DNA from: Rotaria magnacalcarata
Taxonomy: Eukaryota
Direction: 5' to 3'
Assembly: GCA_965120345.2 (NCBI GenBank)
Contig: CBCPNL020000220.1
Coordinates: forward strand, 71,340 to 103,339
Length of the DNA: 32,000 nucleotides
The notes beneath the pieces were generated by a model. The model worked only from the letters and a program-made list of their open reading frames with translations, did no database searches and was not told where the DNA came from. Below, one piece after another: positions 24,111-32,000 of the stretch; position 1 is the stretch's first letter; each line of letters starts with the position of its first letter. A program made the position numbers and the translations under genes.

Positions 24111-26566
24111 TCTTTGTCTCGTTTCATGATTTTGACAATGGGAGACAAATCGAAAAACTGGTATGTGACATAATGATATCTTGCCTGCTGCTAATTAAAA
24201 GAACGCATCGCTAACTATCATTGCGTTCCGACTCTAACCGAAAAGCACCTCTTAACATTGTACTCTATTATTTGCATTGGTTGCTGCAGGTTGTAACTGA
24301 AATATTATACTTAAACCAATTTATTCGCTCGTAATGTTGCTAGAAAAAAATTCAGTCGATTCATCGTTATCTCTATCATGACAGAATAGTGATGCTGCAA
24401 TTTCTATCCTCTACGACATAAATAATTAATGTTGAAGATACTCCTTTCTTCTTCGAATCATGAATCATAGAAACCTCATTGACGTTGTCACTACTGAATC
24501 TAGAATAATATGTCAGTTTGTTAATTTTGTTTGACTAATTTTGATTTAACCTTGAAGCATGTTTTTCAAAGTTAACTTGAACGCTGCGAAAATCGTTTTT
24601 AGTGAATTTAATAAGTATCGCACAATTGCACTTAAGGAAATACTATCTATGTAGGTTTATCAGTTGGTGTAGGTAGAGTTGTAATTGTATAATCTGACAA
24701 TAGGTGATCATGCTACATATGAAATAAGGTTTTCATATAGATAGACATGGCATCGAAAAGTTATGAAATTTTTTCATTCGAATATTCTAATTTTATAATT
24801 AGCTATCGACGAAATTTTTGGATTCAAGAACAAAAAAATTAATAATTATAATTGCGTAGTGAATCGATAGTATCCAGTTTCAGAATAGATTCACAGACTG
24901 ATAATTAAGAGGGTTATTTAAATTCTCGTATCTATTTGAATTCATTTAACTTGCAGTATAAAGTATGTGCAATCAATCATCCATTGATTGTACCAAGGCT
25001 TCTGTAATTTGTTCATTATGAACAGTTTGTATATCAGACTAGTTTTTGAATAAAATAGAAAGTGACCAAAGATGTAACCTCATGAATTCTACATGCGAGT
25101 TGATGTTTATAAATTAAACTCAACGGTACGTTAATGTTAGTTGTTGACAAATTTGATTTTTTTCATATTCATGGTTTTACTTGTATTTACTTGGTTGGTT
25201 GATTCTTCAAGAATATCGAAATTAAGAATTTGTTTTTGTAACATGACTATGAGTACCAATAACAAAATAGATAGCTAATCATGTATTCAAAATAAACGGT
25301 CTAAATGATTGGGCGGAGTGTTTGAAAAATATGATACCAAAAAAGAAGCATCATGTTATTCTTTCACAGTACAAAAATAATAGTTCACATCATTAATTAG
25401 TGAAACAAAATTTATCAAGCACACTAAGATTTTTTTGTTTCGGTTGACAATCAATGTTTAGTATTTGGCAACTAAGTTTTAAAAATCTTTGATAAAAAAT
25501 TCATTTCAATAAGAAACTATATTTATAAATCTAATTTATACTGTATTTAGTAAGTATTATCAATTAGATAGATGAACGTTTTTTACTAAAAGTAAAAAAT
25601 CTTCATGTAGCTGGTACAAAGAAACATCATCCCAAAATGTATCTACGATAGTGAGCTACATCTATTAAAATAATTTTGAACATTCATTATATTGAATAAA
25701 TGACAGTGACAGATCTCAAATCTATAGAAAAAAAGAACATATTTTTATTATGCAAGATCAATCAATATTTTAAAACATGGTTTTATTTTCAAACACTTAG
25801 CTCAATTAAGATATCGTGTCTTTCGAATATCCATGTCAATACTATTCTTGCACCAAACAAGCTCATAGGACGGTACACGTTCAGCTAACTATTCGTGGTT
25901 TTTTCATGAGGTTTACTAGAATATAGGTTGTTTAACTATGTAAAGTCTGAAAATATAACCATAGAAAATTTCCTGAATTCTATATCTGATTTTTTTTCTA
26001 CACTTCTATAGCTTTTGCTGAATTTGTGTTTCATTATTTTAAATCATTGAGCATATCACTTAGTCTAAAATACAAAAATCTTTTTTTTTTAATCATTTCT
26101 ACCTTTGAAGAACCTCTAACTGTTTAGTTAATAAAAAAAAAGATAGTGCATATGAGTATTGCAACCAAAAATGTTCAGAAGGATATCCTTTGACTTAAAA
26201 CACATTTTTGAAACAGAGCAAATTATTAAAATTTTGTCATCTTGCAGAATTCTCTAACTTAACTATGTTAAAAAGAATTTTAAAAAATACTCTCCAGCCT
26301 AGAAAACTAACACATCAATACCTGTGTGGGATGCCCATGGTTTACGTATACTCTGAATGGATATAATCTACAAATCTTAATCAAGTACTATTCGACGAAT
26401 TCAAAAACATTTTCTCATTACTGTATATTCAAAATTACTGTAAATCAAAAGATTTCTACGAAATTAAAACAATGAATAGATCATGTTTTTTCAGCATGGA
26501 CGAAAATCAAAAAGAACTATTCCTTCAAACTATCACGAATACGATTATGTAAGTATAAGAATGTAA

Positions 26567-27458
26567 TTAAGGGGAACCCTCCCCCCCCCCCTCTTCAGGA
26601 ATCGCTTTTCGTTATTCGTAGACCGATTTGTCTGAAATTTTTAGGCAATGTGGGTGTTGTGTTAACTCAATTTCTTGCAAATTTGTGGCTCATATTTTTT
26701 TTTGCTTTCAAGAGTTATTCACAAATTAGTCCCCAAAATGGTGATTCTCGTAAGGTACCCATTTTTCGAACTGCCACAGACGCAGAGAGCTACCTCTTTT
26801 AAAATAAAACAAGAAGCCTATGTCTAGAAATGTATGTAGCGTTTTTTCTAAAAATCGATTTTGTTCGGATTTCCGAGACATTCTACTGCAAGAACTCGGA
26901 ATTTAGTGCTTTTTGACATCACTGTTATCCAGTTATCTCGGCAAAGAAATCAAATTTCGAAAAAACGCTACATACATTTCTAGATATAGGTTTCTTTTTT
27001 TATTCAAAAAAAAATAGCTCGCTAGCTCTTATGCAGTATGAGAAATCGGTTACGAACTCTCCCAAAAAAGTGATTTTAAGAAAACGAATAAACAAGTTGT
27101 ATGAAACAATTTTTTATTTCACTATGACTGTCACGACATCTATACGGTAATTTCGTCATGTGTACAGGATTTTAAGTAGAGATGACTACGTTCCACTAAT
27201 TAATTAATATAACAGAACGCATATTTGTTTCTCATTAGATAGATCTACCAGTTTGTGGACCAATATCACATCGCCGTAATTAAGGAAATTTTCTGTAAAA
27301 CCTTATATTTTTACTAGTGCTCCCAGAAAACCGCTATTTTCACCGCCAAAAACCGTTTAAACTGCGACGAATCGCACATAATCTGAAAGAGGACACTTTG
27401 GGCTTTCATTATATGTGCTTATCTCAAAATCGATTTTCTGATTGGGGGTTCCCCTTAA
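26567..27458. mobile_element. Non-autonomous TIR element (MITE-like, 884 bp) flanked by TTAA; candidate piggyBac-superfamily derivative
   Basis: The left end reads TTAA|GGGGAACCCTCCCCCCCCCC (element starts at 26571). The right end reads GGGGGTTCCCC|TTAA (element ends at 27454). The terminal inverted repeat GGGGAACCC/GGGTTCCCC is perfect for 9 bp, and TTAA sits at both flanks (26567-26570 and 27455-27458). There is no long ORF inside. The interior holds a perfect 26-bp inverted repeat, TCTAGAAATGTATGTAGCGTTTTTTC (26823-26848) against its reverse complement (26959-26984). Imperfect extension takes the arms to about 26801-27005, and a nested TCCGAG..CTCGGA hairpin lies in the loop. Confidence 0.7.
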
Positions 27459-27647
27459 TCAAGACTTCTTCGATGTAAATTGAATATATTATCGTAGTTC
27501 ATCGCCTATATTTAAAATTTGAATAAATAAGTAGTTTACATAAATGTGTACATATATATTATAATTCTACTTTCATATTTTCTCAGTACACACAGTGTAT
27601 ACGCTTATAAAAAAAAGCTAACTTCAACAAACTACACTCAAGCACAC

Positions 27648-27651
<4 letters not shown>

Positions 27652-27680
<29 letters not shown>
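27652..27680. repeat. (TA)n microsatellite
   Basis: Direct reading. It lies about 145 nt downstream (minus-strand sense) of the OTUD4-like stop codon, so it is probably within the 3' UTR. Confidence 0.9.
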
Positions 27681-27682
<2 letters not shown>

Positions 27683-27823
27683 AATGAATCCCACAAGGAA
27701 AAGAAAGTAGAAGTCTCTATTTCACAAACAAAAAATAGATAGATAGATCTAGTAAATTTACAAGAGTTAAATTTTCAACTGAAACAAAAAAAAATAGAAA
27801 CAAAACAAAATCACACACACAGT

Positions 27824-30800
27824 TCAAATTAGCTGTTGAAAAGGAAAACGTTGGGGTGTTTGGTGATTAGATAACATAAAATAAGGTGGTGGTTGTAGTG
27901 GTGGCAGCGGCGGAGGAGGAGCAGTAGGAATCCATTGAGTAAACGGTGTTGGCGGCGACGATGAATAAAAAAAAGGAAGTTTTGGTGATGGTTGTTGTTG
28001 AGGAGACATCATGTTTTGTCCAGTAGGCAAAAAAACATTTGTGCCATTAGGTGAACAATTCATTGAATCCATGCAAACACGTGGTATCATCGAGATTGGA
28101 TGAAATCCTAATGAATATAACATTAGTGATTAAAAAAGAAGAAAAGAGATGAGAAAATATTTTACCGGAAACATGCTGTTGTTGTCCTGAACCAATCAAT
28201 GAATGTGGTGGAGTCTATTTTTTAAAATAGTGTTTCAGAAGAAAATTCTATTGAGAAAGAAAAAACATACCATAATGACGAATGGAGCTTGGCCAGCAAA
28301 AAGTCTGAAAATATTCACATCCAAATTTCATTCATTGAAAATTTTGAAAAATAATAATACATACTTGTTCGATGAAACATCATTCATCATGTTTTGTTGT
28401 ATTTGTTCATTGATTAGTCTTGGTGAAATTTGTTGTGGAAAAAAGACAGTCGGTTGAATATATTGTTGTTGTTCACCTAATGATTGTTGAGGATACTGAT
28501 TGAGAAAAACTGTTGACATTGGTGCTAATATTGGATACGATGAACTGTCATTTGTACTTGTATTACTACTTAAACTTCCATTCAATGACAAAGTATCTAT
28601 ATTAGATGAATTTATTGTTGCTGAATATCCAGGAAAATAATTTGTTGGATTTGTTGTCCATTCATAATGATCGGTAACATTAACACTGAGACGATGATGC
28701 AATTGCATTTGATCAGAATTATTAATTGGCATTACTATTGGCATTGTTTGATGAGAAGCAGTAGATGGAGAAATCCAATTCGAATTTGATGAATAATTTT
28801 CAAGAGGAGGTGAACATAGAACAGTTTGACTAGATGGTGACATCAATGGTGGATATGAACGAAAACTAAATTTACAAAGTGTACTGTTTTATTTTAAAAT
28901 ATCCGTTAAATGAACATCATTAGTGCCTAGTACACAATATTTTATCCAACTGAATGTTGTTGTTCAATGAAATATTGGCTCAGTCTTTCTGAACTTTTCA
29001 ATCACTGATTAGACATGAAAATTTTGAATACAAAACGGTTAACACCTATTATGTAATCTTCGAAAACTAATTAATTAAACTTGTTTTTTTCTGGTTAGTG
29101 CCACGATCAAGGTACAAACATATTTATTAATAGAAGTGTCTTGAGCAGATGAGTAGCTTGCAAGTATAAGACGTTTTTTATTTTATCGCAGCAGGAATCC
29201 AATTCTTGTATACTTTTTTTCATTCACTCACTTCCGTCCGTGTATTTATTTTCAACGAAAAGCATATCTTTCGATAGATCTTGATTATCATCAAAAACCT
29301 TCGATTGTAATGTTAACCATTACAAATCATCCATAATTACTTACACTTTAATAAGAAAAATATTCACTACTCTCAACTGTTTGAGAAGAGTTCTTGCTAC
29401 TCATCAAACTTGATAAAATTTACTTTTTACCGTGCACCAGATTTTATTTATACTTACAATTGAACGGGTCGATTGTTTCCATAATCTACAATTTGTTGCC
29501 GTTGTCTTCGTGATGAACGTTCTTCAAAAAATTGTAAACTTGCATCCACTACATTGAAATTGAAATGAAAAATTTTCTTTTCAGTAAACCACTAACCACT
29601 TACAACACGGTTTCAATTTTCGATGCATATTTGTATGACGTTTTAATTGAGCAAATGTAACTGGACGACGACCAAGTGAAGCAGGAAATTCTAACATTTT
29701 TTCACCAATCGTTTTAGTCCTATGAAGAAAGAAAAGCATACAGAAGGTTTCCTATAAATTGAAATGAAAAAAGAGACTAACATTGAACCAAATTTAACAA
29801 GATAAACATTATGCATATTTGTATCAGCATCTTCGCCGACATAATAAGCAAATAGTTCATCGGAATTCGATAAAGTAACAATGACTCGTCGACAATCTGG
29901 TGGATTTATGTAAGAAACAGGCAAATGCATTTTAACGCCTACAAAGATAGAACAAAACAAGTCTTATTAACTATATATAATTTTCACTTTTTTTCTTTAC
30001 CAAATCTTTCAATTAATCGATTATGTGTCATAAATGGAATATGTTGATGTTGTTTGACAATATTTTTATCAAAATATTTTTTAAAATGATCATTCATATA
30101 AACATCATACGCAACATTTCGATAAATAGCTGGTTCAAATGCTTTGGCTGTACGATATGGTACAGGTATTAATTCATGATTTGCTTTCTTTTCTGTTCGA
30201 TCTGAATGTCTAAAGATAGAAATTTATTTCATGGGATTAATCGATTCAAATTGGAATCCCTTCTGCATTCTTACTTTTGCATGCTTGCTCCTTTAACGCC
30301 ATAATAAAGTGTATCAGATTTTCTTAACATGGCCTTCGCTTGCTCAACTACTTTTGGTTGATTAAATACTTCACTGTAGAGAAATTTGTAAACATAAGCT
30401 AAAACAAAAACAAAATGATTAATATTTTCTGGAATATCAAAGAAAATATTTAATTGCTTAGAATGATGTCATATTGCTTAGTGATATTGTTCAAATGGAG
30501 ATGTACATGACCAATTACTAATGAGTACACTGACTATTTTTAGAAATAAGACTACTGTAGAGATTGGTACTGTAAAATTAAAATTACTATGACGTACTAG
30601 TGAGTTTTTAAAACAGATTAAAACTCATCGTTCTAGCACTGTTAATAACAAAGGTCTTCAGTCATTGAACTTTTTTGTAACAAAAATTCAATGAAGAACT
30701 ATTTTGTTTTCTCTCTGATTTGTAATGACACAAAGAAGAGTCTTAGAAATAATTTCAGCTATTCGAACAAATAAATGGTTCCTTTCGATTCATTGTAGAA

Positions 30801-31972
30801 AAAAAATTAAATAACGATAAATACTACTCCAGAATAACTTTCTGTAATCATCTACTCGTAACCAATCATTGGATAAAGCAGGCTGGTGATATCAGGAAAC
30901 CTATCGTCAGAGTAAGTCTCATTGGAAATTGAACACACTAATCCTTTAAATTATTGAACAGCACTCATCAGTACCCAGTAAAGTAATTATCTATGTTTGA
31001 AAATATACACTAACTAGACATAGCATTTATTTAAATATTTCTCCTCAAGTTTAAATTCTCTTGTAGAAATAATTTAACACGGTTATATAATTACTGCGAG
31101 TAATCTTGTCAAAACATCACACACATTTGCTTTTCAAATTCGTATTTATTTTTCGCAAATTTTTGGATAACATTTCTCACGAAAAGTCAAAAAAGCGTAC
31201 CTTGTACAATGCCTAAAAGTCGGCGCCGTTCTTCTGTAATAACTCGATCAAATTGATAACCAATTAATGAAAGCATAATTATTCTTGAACCATACTGACA
31301 TTCAACAGGATCCCGATCTTTACCAGAGTAAACAATAATATGAACACTAAATAAACAATATTAGATTTGTTGAACCAAAAACAAGATTTGTTTTTCTCGT
31401 ACCGATAACATTGTGCGAGTGCTTCCACTTCAAGCATGCCACCTGGTGTCTATAAGAAAGGAAGAGAGATTTTTTTATCAGAATTTTTAATCAACTTACT
31501 GTTGGATCTTTTAAATGTGTTAAATATTTTGATAATGACATTGTAATTAACTAAAAAACAACAATGTATGTTCAAAAACAGAAAGAAAATAAATTTATTA
31601 CTGGACTATATTCATTTGCATGCAACTCTATATGTTCAATACATTTTAATCGAACATCATAATGATGAACTTGGGTTGAGAATAGCTAAAATAAAAGAAG
31701 AAAATGAAATATTCAAAACTCAAGTTTCTTTAGTATTTGCATTTTTTTACATCTTCTGACACAGCACGAAATAAACTTGATCCATCTAAATAGAGAATAA
31801 CAAAAAGAATACTAAAAATATCTTTAATCTTTTTTTTCTTCTTTAAACCTTGTGGAATACGTTTTCTCCAAAGTCCATGATGTTCAAGATATCTATCCAT
31901 AGAAGTATCAAGACTGCCAATAGTATGTTCTTCTTGTTCATCGTCCATATCTCGATGCTCTTGTCGTTCCAT
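27824..31972 (-). CDS. OTUD4: OTU domain-containing protein 4 / Ovarian-tumor (Otu) family protein, 683 aa, 15 coding exons; catalytic Cys and His positions substituted
   Basis: Model built by manually splicing minus-strand ORF fragments. Exons: 31972-31849, 31785-31751, 31685-31602, 31550-31500, 31449-31403, 31346-31201, 30397-30274, 30209-30001, 29938-29782, 29719-29604, 29548-29458, 28865-28365, 28304-28271, 28214-28166, 28107-27824 (TGA stop at 27826-27824). Every intron is GT..AG. Intron sizes are 63, 65, 51, 50, 56, 803, 64, 62, 62, 55, 592, 60, 56 and 58 nt. Phases agree at all junctions, and exon lengths sum to 2052 nt (683 codons plus stop). The spliced N-terminus reads MDRYLEHHGLWRKRIPQ/DGSSLFRAVSED/LFSTQVHHYDVRLKCIEHIELHANEYSP/LITMSLSKYLTHLKDPT/TPGGMLEVEALAQCYR/VHIIVYSG..LSLIGYQFDRVI. 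From memory this parallels the human OTUD4 OTU domain (..[60 protein letters not shown]). Further downstream, AYVYKFLYSEVF and EPAIYRNVAYDVY parallel OTUD4 SLLYELLYEKVF and NPAVYRNVEYEIW. The ATG at 31972 follows only 28 nt of window, so the 5' UTR and promoter lie outside it. Confidence 0.85.
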
Positions 31973-32000
31973 TATTAAATTTAATTATTTGTTTTTTTTT

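Noticed and set aside
23400-24214. ORFs 23400..23582 (+) and 24023..24214 (+) as possible coding sequence, for example a transposase remnant.
   Set aside because: They lie over the two inverted arms of the CATTTACCCC element and have no similarity to any transposase motif I know. They are short and one is TTG-initiated, so they are better explained as by-products of the repeat.
28203-28457. Plus-strand ORF (84 aa) overlapping the OTUD4-like exons 12-14.
   Set aside because: It is antisense to a well-supported spliced CDS and has AT-rich, Lys/Phe/Ile-dominated composition. This is typical antisense-frame noise. The same applies to plus-strand ORF 31568..31759, which is antisense to exons 2-3.
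1-32000. Prokaryotic-style features such as operons, RBS-led ORFs, CRISPR arrays or defence islands, as the ORF-track format might suggest.
   Set aside because: The sequence shows eukaryotic hallmarks: GT..AG introns with consistent phases, microsatellites, and a metazoan OTUD4-family gene. There are no regularly spaced direct repeats and no long uninterrupted ORFs. TTG and GTG 'M' starts in the track are artefacts of a bacterial translation table.
1-32000. tRNA, rRNA or snRNA genes.
   Set aside because: By-eye scanning for T-loop-like GGTTCGA motifs and GC-rich cloverleaf-sized islands found nothing convincing. This is a weak negative and should be confirmed with tRNAscan-SE or Infernal.

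Overview
This window is eukaryotic, not prokaryotic. It is visibly AT-rich, with many microsatellites and short GT..AG introns, and its genes are split into small exons. The supplied ORF track uses bacterial start codons and ignores splicing, so it captures only gene fragments. I rebuilt gene models by hand from splice sites and reading-frame continuity, and three protein-coding genes are supportable. (1) A 15-exon OTUD4/Otu-family gene on the minus strand (27824-31972). Its OTU domain has Ser at the catalytic Cys position and Gln at the catalytic His position. It continues into a long Q/N/S/P-rich tail containing a PPPY motif. (2) An EF-hand calcium-binding protein gene on the plus strand. 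The core exons lie at 10856-11583. A probable first coding exon at 6316-6454 is separated from them by a microsatellite-laden intron of about 4.4 kb. (3) A small two-exon coiled-coil gene on the minus strand (20568-21157) with an N-myristoylation consensus; I do not recognise its family. There are also two non-autonomous TIR-type elements. One is an 884-bp TTAA-flanked MITE at 26571-27454. The other is a roughly 645-bp inverted-repeat element built from CATTTACCCC modules at 23466-24110. A dense GA/CT/TA/CA microsatellite cluster spans roughly 5.9-11.9 kb. Long AT-rich stretches (1-5100, about 12100-20500, about 21300-26500) contain nothing I can support as coding. I found no rRNA, tRNA, CRISPR array, operon or defence-island-like structure. 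The most interesting item is the predicted pseudo-deubiquitinase. All homology statements rest on remembered family sequences, because no database search was possible. The source is probably an invertebrate metazoan with short introns, but I cannot name the species.
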